NCBI GenBank assembly: GCA_963664825.1
Contig: OY761614.1
Span: forward strand, 448,001 to 512,000
DNA: 64,000 bases
Origin: an uncultured Holophaga sp.
GTDB lineage: Bacteria; Acidobacteriota; Holophagae; Holophagales; Holophagaceae
Direction: 5' to 3'
Shown: one piece after another, positions 31,228 to 40,792 of the stretch
How the letters are laid out: each line of letters begins with the position of its first letter
Numbering within the stretch: the first letter of the stretch is position 1
The notes under the pieces: generated by a model
What the model was told of the DNA's origin: nothing
Databases searched by the model: none
What the model saw: only the letters and a program-made list of their open reading frames with translations
Position numbers and translations under genes: made by a program

Positions 31228-32316
31228 ATGCACCAGGCCGCACAGATCCGGGAGACACTGGAGCTGAATAACGAGCTCCGCTGGAGGCTCAGCCAATACC
31301 TCCAGGAGGCTCCCCGGGCCATCACACGGGAATGGATGGAGGAGGTCAATCCCGGTGGCGATCTCTCGGAGGAGGCCGCCTTCACCGCGCTCCTGGCGGC
31401 CCTCTGCGGGCTCGACACCGGAGGAAGCGAACGGGACAAGAGGCTGGCCGACGAATACCTGCGCCCGGGGGTCCGGCGCCTGGACCCGGGCGTCTACGCC
31501 GCAAACCCCTACTACCGGGATATCCGCATCCCGGAGGAGCGCTTCGGCCGCTGGGAATTGCGGCGCGAACACTACGCCCCGTTCGAGGGCTTCGTCTGCG
31601 GCGATCTCATCCTGGGGCCCGGGCTCCGGGAGATCCCGCGCATCGGTTTCTTCTCGGAAGCCTTCTCCTTCCCCGTCGTCCTGGAGGAGGGACGGGAATG
31701 GATGGCCATCAAGCCCAACGAGATCGAGACCATGCAACCGGCCCTGGACCGGGTGGAAGGCCGGGTCCTGGCCCTGGGACTGGGCCTCGGATACTTCGCC
31801 TACATGGCTTCCCTCAAGGCAGGAGTCCAAAGCGTCACCATCCTGGAGCGGGACCCGGAGGCGATCCGGCTCTTCGAGAGCCGCATCCTCCCCCAGTTCA
31901 GCCACGCAGAGAAGATCGAGATCTGCCCGGGGGACGCCTTCGCATACCTCGAGAAGCGGATGCCCCAGGGGCCTTTCGATTTCGCCTTCGTGGATCTCTG
32001 GCATGACGCCTCCGATGGCCTGGAGGCCTACCTGAGGATCAAGCCCCTGGAACGACTGGCTCCAAACACCGAATTCCTCTACTGGATCGAGGATTCGCTC
32101 CTCTCCGGCCTGCGCTGGCGGGTCTTCCAGGAGGCGGACGGGCACCCAGGGATCAGGGAATGCCTCGACTGGGCCTCCCTGCGGAAGCTTGCGGTCACCT
32201 CGCAACGCGTCTGCCATGAAAGGGGGGACCGCCTTACGTTGTCCAGGCGAAGCCGGGACAACGCGCCTAAGCTATCCGGACCATGCTCCCGCCTACCCCG
32301 CCCCGACAAATCTTAG
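31228..32316 (+). CDS. Hypothetical protein with class I SAM-binding (spermidine-synthase-like) fold
   Basis: VLALGLGLGY motif I, VTILERD, GDAF, FDFAFVDLW. Confidence 0.65.
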   Translation: MHQAAQIRETLELNNELRWRLSQYLQEAPRAITREWMEEVNPGGDLSEEAAFTALLAALCGLDTGGSERDKRLADEYLRPGVRRLDPGVYAANPYYRDIRIPEERFGRWELRREHYAPFEGFVCGDLILGPGLREIPRIGFFSEAFSFPVVLEEGREWMAIKPNEIETMQPALDRVEGRVLALGLGLGYFAYMASLKAGVQSVTILERDPEAIRLFESRILPQFSHAEKIEICPGDAFAYLEKRMPQGPFDFAFVDLWHDASDGLEAYLRIKPLERLAPNTEFLYWIEDSLLSGLRWRVFQEADGHPGIRECLDWASLRKLAVTSQRVCHERGDRLTLSRRSRDNAPKLSGPCSRLPRPDKS

Positions 32317-32771
32317 GCCTCCTGGCCTGGCTCGGAATCACCTTCCTGGCCGCAGCCCTCGGGGCCGTGGCGTCGGCCGGGGCGGGGACCTTCTACCGGG
32401 GACTCCTGCGCCCGGCCTGGGCCCCGCCGGGCTTCCTCTTCGCCCCGGTCTGGAGCCTGCTCTACCTCCTCATGGGCATCGCCGCCTGGATCGTCTGGAA
32501 GGAGCGGGGCTTTGGTATGGCCCTCGGCCTCTTCCTGGTCCAGCTCGCGCTGAACGCCCTCTGGACCTGGCTCTTCTTCCGCTGGCACCAGGGGGCCCTG
32601 GCCTTCGCCGAGATCGCCCTCCTCTGGGCCTTCATCCTCGGTACGGTGATCGCTTTCTGGAAGATCAGCCCCTGGGCCGGGGCCCTGCTCCTGCCTTACG
32701 GGGCCTGGGTCACCTTCGCGAGTGCCCTGAGCTGGGCGATCTGGAAGCGCAATCCCCACCTGCTGGGCTAG
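32283..32771 (+). CDS. tspO: TspO/MBR family tryptophan-rich sensory protein
   Basis: Y..L.RPAWAPPGFLFAPVW, QLALNALWTWLFF, LLLPY..WV.FA. Confidence 0.92.
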   Translation: MLPPTPPRQILGLLAWLGITFLAAALGAVASAGAGTFYRGLLRPAWAPPGFLFAPVWSLLYLLMGIAAWIVWKERGFGMALGLFLVQLALNALWTWLFFRWHQGALAFAEIALLWAFILGTVIAFWKISPWAGALLLPYGAWVTFASALSWAIWKRNPHLLG

Positions 32772-32948
32772 GCCGGAGCGCTTCACCGAATGCCTCCTTG
32801 ACGTTCCGTGGAAGGGCAGGAATCCTGGTCATTCCCCAGGCGTGTGGCCGGGATCCGGCTTCCAGCCTTCAACACGCCAACCTCGGAAAAGGGCCTTGGC
32901 CTATTCCAGATACCCGTCGCCGGAGTTTTCCCTTCCTCGGAGCATTCC

Positions 32949-33623
32949 ATGAAGAACACCTTCGCCTGTCTCGGTCTTTTAGTGGCGCTGACCGCCCCGG
33001 CCTCGGCCCAAGGGGCCCGCATGATCCGCAGGGGTGAGGTCTTCCGATGGGCTACCAACAGTGGCCAGAACGGCATGATGAAAATCGTCGCCGTGGACGG
33101 CCCTCTCTTCGAAATGGAGCAGACCAACGACAAGAACCGTTCCGCTGGCGCCGTCCGGTTGTACGGAGCCGTGATCGAGAACGGCAGGAAAGTCGTGCTG
33201 TTGAACGTGGGCCAATGGCGGGAAGTCTGGGACGGCAATTTCTTCAACGATGAGATCACCGGCAATCTCCTGACGGGTTCCGCTAGCTTCACCTTCAGGA
33301 TTTCCCCTGCGGCCATGGAACGCCCCCGGGAGGAAGGCACCAACCCATTCATCACGGGCAAGACCCTGCGCTGGGAAACCGGCGCGGTGGGCGGCCAGAA
33401 CGGCACTTTCTACGTGACCCACACCAAGGGGCCCTTCTTCTACCTGGAGCAGAAGAACAACAGGAACGCCGCCGCCGGGATCATCAGGCTGGAGGGCGAA
33501 GTGAAGGATGGCCAGATCTACATCTACAACCGGAAGTGGAATGAGACCTGGATCGGGGTCTACAGGCATGGGTCGGTCATGGGGAAGGTGAATAACCAGA
33601 CGGAGTTCAGGATTTTCGAATAG
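32949..33623 (+). CDS. Secreted hypothetical protein with two tandem about 100-aa beta-rich repeats
   Basis: GGAG RBS; signal peptide MKNTFACLGLLVALTAPASA; internal duplication of RW..GQNG..GP.F..EQ.N..N..AG..RL.G. Confidence 0.75.
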   Translation: MKNTFACLGLLVALTAPASAQGARMIRRGEVFRWATNSGQNGMMKIVAVDGPLFEMEQTNDKNRSAGAVRLYGAVIENGRKVVLLNVGQWREVWDGNFFNDEITGNLLTGSASFTFRISPAAMERPREEGTNPFITGKTLRWETGAVGGQNGTFYVTHTKGPFFYLEQKNNRNAAAGIIRLEGEVKDGQIYIYNRKWNETWIGVYRHGSVMGKVNNQTEFRIFE

Positions 33624-33660
33624 CCCTTCCCGGGCGATTTCCCTCACTAAAAGAGGAGAT

Positions 33661-33712
33661 TCACCACAAGGCACGGAGAAGACCCTGGTTCTTCTCTGTG
33701 CTTTCGTGGTGA
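33661..33712. repeat. Long CACCAC...GTGGTG palindrome (REP-like, possible terminator)
   Basis: TCACCACAAGGCACGGAGAAGA-loop-TCTTCTCTGTGCTTTCGTGGTGA followed by T-rich sequence. Confidence 0.7.
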
Positions 33713-33878
33713 GTTTTCATACTTTTGATTGGTTCTTCACGGGTCTGGTGGAGGATGGCTCCATCTCGACTTCCACACAGGGCCGGTCAAGCGTCCCGGG
33801 GCTTCAGGGATTGGACTTCTTCCACCGATAGGCTCAGCATGCTCCTAAAGAGCCAATCTACGGCCGTTCCGAGGTCCC

Positions 33879-34304
33879 ATGTCGAACGAAAGCCCCATCA
33901 TCCTGGAACTCCGCATCGATTGGAGCGAGATCGACGCATACGGCCATGTGAACAACCTGGCCATCATGCGCTATGTCCAGTCGGCGCGGGTCCATCTCCT
34001 GGAGAGCGTCGGCATGATGCAGCACCACGCAGAGACCGGCGTCGGGCCCGTCTTGGTCTCCACCTCCTGCCAGTTCAAGCAGCAGCTGCACTACCCGGGC
34101 CAGGTCACCATCGGCGCCCGGGTCGATCATCTCAAGAACACCAGCTTCCAGATCAGCCATGCGATCTTCAACGAGGCCCAGGAATTGGTGGCGGAGGCCC
34201 ATGACGTCCTGGTCATGTTCGATTTCAAGAAGAACGCCAAGTCGCCCATTCCGGTGTTCCTCCGGGAGCGGTTCACGGCCCTGGGGGCCTCCAGCGCCCT
34301 TTAG
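33879..34304 (+). CDS. Acyl-CoA thioesterase (4HBT/YbgC hot-dog family)
   Basis: EIDAYGHVNN..Y..AR motif. Confidence 0.9.
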   Translation: MSNESPIILELRIDWSEIDAYGHVNNLAIMRYVQSARVHLLESVGMMQHHAETGVGPVLVSTSCQFKQQLHYPGQVTIGARVDHLKNTSFQISHAIFNEAQELVAEAHDVLVMFDFKKNAKSPIPVFLRERFTALGASSAL

Positions 34305-34322
34305 GGGTGAACCCGACTCCCC

Positions 34323-34763
34323 ATGCGCCTCTGGTCACTGCATCCCAGGTATCTCGACCCTCAGGGCCTGGTGGCCCTATGGCGCGAAGGACTCCTGGCC
34401 CAGACCGTGCTCCGAGGGGCCACCCGGGGCTACCGCCATCACCCCCAGCTGGAGCGCTTCCGGGCCCAGCCCCTGCCCCTGGAGGCCATCGGCGCCTACC
34501 TGCGGGCCATCCAGACCGAGGCCACGCTGCGCGACTATGCCTTCGATGCCACCCGGATCCTGTGCCCCGGGCATTGCCCGCCCATCCCCGTCACCACCGG
34601 GCAACTGGCCTTCGAGTGGGGGCACCTGCTGAAGAAGCTCGCCGCACGCAGCCCGCACTTGCACAGGAAATGGGAGGGCCTCGATAGTCCCGCGGCCCAT
34701 CCCCTCTTCCAGGTGGGGCCGGGTGATATCGAAAGCTGGGAGCGACCTGGGCAGGGGCAGTGA
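34323..34763 (+). CDS. Pyrimidine dimer DNA glycosylase/endonuclease V (DenV-like) family protein
   Basis: MRLWSLHPRYLD..GLVALWRE.LLAQ, GYRHHPQL.RF, GQL.FE..HL..KL. Confidence 0.88.
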   Translation: MRLWSLHPRYLDPQGLVALWREGLLAQTVLRGATRGYRHHPQLERFRAQPLPLEAIGAYLRAIQTEATLRDYAFDATRILCPGHCPPIPVTTGQLAFEWGHLLKKLAARSPHLHRKWEGLDSPAAHPLFQVGPGDIESWERPGQGQ

Positions 34764-34773
34764 CCCTCCCCCA

Positions 34774-36504
34774 TCATGAGCCCGAGGCAGGAGCAAGGGC
34801 CCCATCCATCCTCGCCTGGAGCCGGGCCACGGATTGCTCGGCATAGATGCGGAAATCCCGGTGGAGGCGCCCATAGCCCTTGCGCATGCGGGCCAGGATC
34901 CAAGCCCGGTACCCGTCCAGTTCCGCCCAGCGCTCGGGATGGCCCGAAAGAGGAAAGGCCCTGGCCCTATCCTCGAAGGCCCCGGCCAGCTTCTCCAGGT
35001 TCAACCTGAAGCGATCCACCTCCAGCATGTAGCGGGTCATCCGGAAGTAGTGGTGTCCCTTGACCGCCATCGTCACCAGATCGGCGATCCGCCGGGGATG
35101 GGCCCAGAGGCCCTTCAGCAGGAAGGCCCAATAGGTCCAGGCGTAGGTGGAAAAGCCCTGGACCAGGAGGGAGCGCAGGAGGGCCCGGGATTCCCCCAGC
35201 TGGATGCGCCGGAAGGCCGCCGGATGGGGCTGGAGGGACTTCAACAAGCGCAGGCAGCGCGCGAAGTAGCGGTCCGGGCTGTAGACCTCGGAGAGCACGC
35301 GCTTGTAGCCCGCCAAGAGGGTGCCCAGTTCCATCCGGGGAAGGAAATTGAGGCGCAGGTCGTGGGTGTTATCCCCCTGGGATTCGCCCAGGAGGCGGCC
35401 CTCGGCCTCCAGGCGCCGGGCGAGCCGGGTGTGGGGCAAGGCCGTGAGGAGCCCCACCATGGCGGTGGGAATGGCGGCCTCCTGGATGAAGCGGGTCTGG
35501 CGCTCGAAGATATCCTCCGGATCGCTATCGAAGCCCAGGATGAAGCCCGCGGAGACCTCCAGTCCCCGGGCCTGGATCCGCCGCACCGCCTCCAACATAT
35601 CGGAATGGAGGTTCTGCCCCTTCCCTGTGGCCGCTAGCGTCGCCCGATCCGGGGTCTCCAGCCCCAGGAAGACCATGCTGAAGCCGGCCTCCGCCATACC
35701 AGCCATCAGGGCATCATCTTCGGCCAGGGTGAGGGTGGCCTCCGTGTAGAGGCTGAAGGGGTAGTGCCGGGCCCTCTGCCACTGGGTCAGCTCGGGCAGC
35801 AGGACCTTGACGTCACGGCTATTCCCGATGAAGTTATCGTCCACCAGGAAGAGCGGCCCCCGCTCGCCCTGGCGGTAGAGGAGCTCGAGTTCCTGGATGA
35901 ACTGAGCGGCAGGTTTGGTCCGGGACCTGTGGCCGAAGAGTTCGACGATATCGCAGAACTCGCAGTGATGGGGACACCCCCGGGAGAACTGGAGCGCCAT
36001 GCTCGCATAGCAGGAGGGCCGCAGGAGATCGAAGCGCGGGGGGGGCGTCAGGGACAGATCGGGCCTGGCCGTATCGGTGTAGACCCGCCCCGCCCTGCCC
36101 CGGGCCAGATCCTCCAGGAAGGGAGCCAGGGTGATCTCCGCCTCATTGAGCACGAAATGATCCACGCCTTCGATCTGTTGGAAGGAGCCCGTGGGGTACG
36201 GCCCCCCCGCCACGTGGGGCACGCCATGCTCCCGGCAGCGCCCGATGAGCCTCTGGAGCGATTCCTTCTGGATGAGCATGGAGGAGGAAAAGACCAGATC
36301 CGCCCAGGACAGCATCTCCTCCGTGAGCGGCTCCACGTTCATGTCCACCAGCCTCAGCTCGAAGTCCTGGGGCAGCAGGGCCGCCACCGTGAGCAGCCCC
36401 AGGGGAGGCAGGGCCGCCCTCCGGTGGATGAAGGGCAGCGCGTATTTCATGCTCCAGTAGGTGGGAGGCATCTCGGGGTAGACCAGCAGTGCGCGTCGAC
36501 CCAT
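34774..36504 (-). CDS. B12-binding radical SAM protein (DUF4070-type)
   Basis: PPLGLLTVAA, GGPYPT, SRGCPHHCEFC (CxxxCxxC), DDNFIG, GFILGFD. Confidence 0.88.
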   Translation of the reverse strand: MGRRALLVYPEMPPTYWSMKYALPFIHRRAALPPLGLLTVAALLPQDFELRLVDMNVEPLTEEMLSWADLVFSSSMLIQKESLQRLIGRCREHGVPHVAGGPYPTGSFQQIEGVDHFVLNEAEITLAPFLEDLARGRAGRVYTDTARPDLSLTPPPRFDLLRPSCYASMALQFSRGCPHHCEFCDIVELFGHRSRTKPAAQFIQELELLYRQGERGPLFLVDDNFIGNSRDVKVLLPELTQWQRARHYPFSLYTEATLTLAEDDALMAGMAEAGFSMVFLGLETPDRATLAATGKGQNLHSDMLEAVRRIQARGLEVSAGFILGFDSDPEDIFERQTRFIQEAAIPTAMVGLLTALPHTRLARRLEAEGRLLGESQGDNTHDLRLNFLPRMELGTLLAGYKRVLSEVYSPDRYFARCLRLLKSLQPHPAAFRRIQLGESRALLRSLLVQGFSTYAWTYWAFLLKGLWAHPRRIADLVTMAVKGHHYFRMTRYMLEVDRFRLNLEKLAGAFEDRARAFPLSGHPERWAELDGYRAWILARMRKGYGRLHRDFRIYAEQSVARLQARMDGALAPASGS

Positions 36505-36573
36505 ACAGGGCCCTTCCGGGAAGGAATACGTCTTTCAACGTACGTCCTTCCCGGAATGGCACAAGGTGTCCCC

Positions 36574-38979
36574 TCAGGGGGCGACGGTGAGCTGGCCGAG
36601 GGTGCTCATGAGCTGACCCACGGAGCCGATGGGGTAGGAGGCGCTCCGCACCTGCACGGCGGGCCCGAAGGCACCAAGTGTGGGCCAGTCACCGAAATTG
36701 GTGCTGGAAGCGTATTCGGCCCCGATGGTGCCATTGGTGAAGTAGCCTCCCTGGGCGGGGGGGGTGATCAGGTAGACCAGGAGGGCCATCCATTCCTTGG
36801 TCTCCTGAACCGTCGTGGCCGCGGGGGTCAGGTTGATGCGGTTGGCCAGGAGCCCCGCCATGTCGGCCGAGGACAGGACGGTAGCGCCTGTGGCTGCCTT
36901 GTAGGCTGTGATGGAGGTGCCGAACTGGGCCTGAACGGCGCCCATCATCAGGATCATGTACAGATCCGCCGAGACCCGGTACCGGGTCGCGTCCACCAGG
37001 GCCTTTGCTGTGCCCGTGCAGATGGCGTCCGTCGGGGCGAAGGCCGACACCGTATCGATGGCGGCCACGGCCTTGTTTACGATGCGAGTGTTGAGGCTGA
37101 TGGAGCCCGTGGCGGCGTCCGTCGCAGCGAGCGTGGCGATCTGGCCCAGCACACCCAGGTTCGCGGTCGCGTTGGTCAGATCGGCGTCATTGAGCTGGGC
37201 CATGGCGATGGCATAGACATTCCCTGCCTCGATGGCGGCCATCATGGCGGCTCCCCCGTCCGTGCCCATGTTCATGAGGGCGGTCATGGCGGTCCCCGCG
37301 GCTACGGATCCGGCCGTGGCCTTCCGGCTCGTCACACTGAGCACGGCGGCGGCGGTGGCATCCTTGAAATACGCAGAGGATCCGGAGCCCAGGGTGTAGC
37401 TCAGGCCGGAAAAGTTCAGGTAGTAGTCCGAGGAAGTGAGGCCCGTCTGGGCCACCAACTGGAGGGCGCAGAGCTTCTTGAAATCCTCCCCGGTGAGATA
37501 GGCGGACATGAGGGGGTAGCCCACGGGAATGGCCTGGGTCTGGTCGGGGGAAATGCCCAGGGGCAGGGTGTTGTAGATATCCGTAAAATTGAGCGCCACA
37601 CCGGCGGGTAGTGTGTTGCGGATCACGCCCGTAGCCACGACGCCCGCGGTGTAGGGCGTGAAATCGAAGCCCGGCAGCTTGGTGACATCGCCGCCGATCG
37701 CGGTGAGGGTCTGGACGATGATCCCGTTGGGCACATTGCGAACGGAATCCGCGCAGAGATTGCCCAGGCCGTTGGGGCAGAGGACGGGATTCTTGTCGTT
37801 GGATTCCATGGTCTGGAGTGCGCCCCCGGCCACGTGGTAGATCCCCGTGCTCGTATTCGCCGGAGCGTAATCGGGAAAGATCGGCGTAAACAAGGCGCCC
37901 AGGCCCTGGTTCAACTGCGCCTCCGTGGCACGCACCATGAAATTGATGCCGCCATCGGCCACCAAGCCCGAATGGATGGCCGTGAGGTTGGCATCGGTCA
38001 TGGCCTGGTTCTCCGAGGCCACCAGGGTCGTGTTCTTGGCCGAGACGTGATAGGTCAGGTCGATGCGGGAGACGTTGGTGCCATAGGCGCCGGCACATAC
38101 GATCTGGGTGTTCCAACTGCCGTTGGGGATGGTCTTGGCCGAGGGAAGGGGATTGTGGTTATGGCCCGAGGCGATCACGTCGATGCCTGTCACCTGCTTG
38201 GCCAGGTTCACATCCTCGCCGGAGGTCCCGGTGGTGTCGGCGCCCGTGTGGGACAGGGCCACGACCACGTTGCAGCCCTCGGTGGTGCGCAGCTCGTTCA
38301 CCAGATTCTGCACGAAGGTGTAGTTGGCGCTGAAGTCCGTGAAGGTGACGGGGGCGGAGGCGGGAGCCACGCTGGCGGCGTTTTTCCCCATGAGCCCGAT
38401 GTAGCCCACCTTGAGGCCGTTGGACAGGGTCTCCACACGGGTGGGGGCCACCACCTTGCCTGCGCCGACATAGGGCGCGAGGTCCGCATTGCCATTCAAA
38501 TTGATATTGGAGGCCACCATGGGGGCGCTGAAGGAAAAGGTGCTCTGGGCGGCGCTCAGCATGGTGGCCAGGCCCTTGGGTGTGAAATCGAATTCGTGGT
38601 TGCCCAGGGTGATGCAGTCGTATTTCAGCGTGTCCATGAAGTACAGCGACAGGGGCTGTGTGCCGAGGGTGAGGTCATAGAGGGTGCCCATGGACCAGTC
38701 GCCGGAATCCACCAGCACCACGGGGTGGCCCGCGCTGCCTCGCACGTAGTTCACGTACGCCGAGATGCGCGCGTACGAACCCACATCGGCGGAGAGCGTG
38801 GCGGTGGCGTGGCCCGCGCCGTTGCCGGCGTGATGGACATCGGTGGTCTGGAGGATCGTCAGTTGGGCATCGCCGGTGAGCTGAGGCTCCGCCAGCTTGT
38901 CCGAGGAGTTCATGGAACAGCTGGTCAGGAGCGCGGCCAGCAGGGGAAGGGTTGCGATGACGTGGGATTTCTTCAACAT
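36574..38979 (-). CDS. Bifunctional metallophosphoesterase/5'-nucleotidase-family lipoprotein
   Basis: Lipobox LLTSC; TTDVH, DSGD, GNHEFD, LSHTG and GHNH metal motifs; extended Ala/Thr-rich C-terminal domain. Confidence 0.82.
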   Translation of the reverse strand: MLKKSHVIATLPLLAALLTSCSMNSSDKLAEPQLTGDAQLTILQTTDVHHAGNGAGHATATLSADVGSYARISAYVNYVRGSAGHPVVLVDSGDWSMGTLYDLTLGTQPLSLYFMDTLKYDCITLGNHEFDFTPKGLATMLSAAQSTFSFSAPMVASNINLNGNADLAPYVGAGKVVAPTRVETLSNGLKVGYIGLMGKNAASVAPASAPVTFTDFSANYTFVQNLVNELRTTEGCNVVVALSHTGADTTGTSGEDVNLAKQVTGIDVIASGHNHNPLPSAKTIPNGSWNTQIVCAGAYGTNVSRIDLTYHVSAKNTTLVASENQAMTDANLTAIHSGLVADGGINFMVRATEAQLNQGLGALFTPIFPDYAPANTSTGIYHVAGGALQTMESNDKNPVLCPNGLGNLCADSVRNVPNGIIVQTLTAIGGDVTKLPGFDFTPYTAGVVATGVIRNTLPAGVALNFTDIYNTLPLGISPDQTQAIPVGYPLMSAYLTGEDFKKLCALQLVAQTGLTSSDYYLNFSGLSYTLGSGSSAYFKDATAAAVLSVTSRKATAGSVAAGTAMTALMNMGTDGGAAMMAAIEAGNVYAIAMAQLNDADLTNATANLGVLGQIATLAATDAATGSISLNTRIVNKAVAAIDTVSAFAPTDAICTGTAKALVDATRYRVSADLYMILMMGAVQAQFGTSITAYKAATGATVLSSADMAGLLANRINLTPAATTVQETKEWMALLVYLITPPAQGGYFTNGTIGAEYASSTNFGDWPTLGAFGPAVQVRSASYPIGSVGQLMSTLGQLTVAP

Positions 38980-38996
38980 GGAAGGGTCCTCATCCG

Positions 38997-40418
38997 CTAG
39001 AAGCGATAATCGATGCCGAAGGCGATGATGATGTATTGTTTGTTGTATTCCTTGGTGGGATTCACCGCCACACCCTTGGCTGCGAAGGTGGACTTGATCG
39101 CCTGATCCCCCATCACATCGGCGTTCTCGTAGGTGCTGGTGAAGCGGGTGTGCCCTACGCCCATATTGAACTTCACCTTTTCCGAAACCTGGTATTGGAA
39201 GCCGGCCCCGATGGACAGGTAGTTGGCGTGGGCCCCGGGAACGCTGGTGTCGATGGTGGAGGACTTGGCCTGGCCGATCTGGTTGAAGTTGACTCCGGCG
39301 CTCACCAGCCAGGTCTTGTTGAGGCGGTATTCGAAGGAGGCCTGCTCTTCGTAGGTGTTCTTGTAGTCCTTCGTGTGATCGTTGGCGTTGAGGGGGTTGT
39401 CCAGCATGCCGAAGTCCACCGACTTCTCCAGGTAGGCGTTCATGCCCATGGAGAGCCGGAGATCATCGGTGACCTGGTACCCGAGTCCGAAGCGGATGGC
39501 CTGGGGCAGATCCAGATGGGAGCGCTTGCCGTTGGTGAAGAGGCCACCCCCGTCCTTGCCATCCTTGACGGTGGTCTTGAAGTTGAGGCTGGTGCCCATC
39601 TCGTACGTCAAATTGAGGACCATGCCCTGGATGGGGTAGGCGTTGAAGGCGATCTCCCCCGAATACCCGGTGGCATCATCGGTGGTATCGATGACGGCCC
39701 GTTTCTGGTTGCGCAGATCATGGCCGTACTGGTTGTACGTGCAGGCGGAATCCACGCTGCCGACGATCTTCTGCTGGGCGACGACCAGCCGCCCCGCCAG
39801 GGCCACGGAGAAATAGGGATTGAACTGGAAGGCCCCGCCGTGCCGGAAGGCCATGTAGTAGGAGGAACCCTTCAGGTAGGACTTGGATTGGAAATAGGAC
39901 CCGGAGTTCAGGCCGGCCAGGACGGGATCCTGGCCATGGGCCCCGGCGTCCAGGGCGATGATGGTGGAATCGACGCCGCCATAGCCCGCCATCTGCTTGC
40001 CCAGCAGATCCAGGGTGGGCAGACCGTCCTTCCACTCCCGCACCGCCGTGGCGCCGATGGTCTCCAGGCCCATGAAGAGCGACCAGTTGTCCTTCCGGTA
40101 GGCCGCATAAAAATTGGGCACCACCCAGGCCGGGTTGTTGGATTCGTATTTCCGGTCCCCCACCACGGGGTTGCCCTTGGTCTCCACCGTGGCCCACTGG
40201 AGGATGCTCTGGTTGCTGAGGTTGAAGGTCCAGCCTTCCTTCAGCTTCACCGTGCCGGCCATGTTGTAATAGACGATATCGGCATTATTGATGGCGCTGT
40301 TCCGATCGAAGGTCCGGAAATATTCCGCGCTCTGGTTGCTGTTGTAGAAGATGCCGCCAGCCATGGCGGGCTGAAGGGCCCCAAGGACCAGGCAGGACAG
40401 GAGCATTCCATTCTTCAT
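38997..40418 (-). CDS. OmpP1/FadL-family outer-membrane transporter
   Basis: Signal peptide; N-terminal hatch NQSAEY..DIVYYNMAG; alternating beta strands; C-terminal YRF. Confidence 0.72.
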   Translation of the reverse strand: MKNGMLLSCLVLGALQPAMAGGIFYNSNQSAEYFRTFDRNSAINNADIVYYNMAGTVKLKEGWTFNLSNQSILQWATVETKGNPVVGDRKYESNNPAWVVPNFYAAYRKDNWSLFMGLETIGATAVREWKDGLPTLDLLGKQMAGYGGVDSTIIALDAGAHGQDPVLAGLNSGSYFQSKSYLKGSSYYMAFRHGGAFQFNPYFSVALAGRLVVAQQKIVGSVDSACTYNQYGHDLRNQKRAVIDTTDDATGYSGEIAFNAYPIQGMVLNLTYEMGTSLNFKTTVKDGKDGGGLFTNGKRSHLDLPQAIRFGLGYQVTDDLRLSMGMNAYLEKSVDFGMLDNPLNANDHTKDYKNTYEEQASFEYRLNKTWLVSAGVNFNQIGQAKSSTIDTSVPGAHANYLSIGAGFQYQVSEKVKFNMGVGHTRFTSTYENADVMGDQAIKSTFAAKGVAVNPTKEYNKQYIIIAFGIDYRF

Positions 40419-40792
40419 TCAACTACCTCCCAGAGATGGTGGTGGTGATCCATGAAAATGTTAATCATTGGAAAAACCGAGTAAAGCCATTATCGAATCT
40501 CGATCAGCAGGTGGGCCCACTCCGGCGTGGATGGTTGAAATCGCGTGCAGGTGCCGGCTCCACACAGGGTTTCAGGCGGACGGACAGGTACCGGATAAAT
40601 GCAGATCGACAATTGGGAAGCGGGGGATTGAAATCGTTGCAGGATTCTGTGACATTAGAATTCGACCGTCAATATGTTCTTTTCGTTTTCGTCGCCTGCC
40701 CCCTCGATTGGCGAAGCGGACCGGAGGATAAGGGCAGGATTATAGTCGTTAGCACATACAAATATTCATAATGTGTCGATCCGGAGGTCCCC

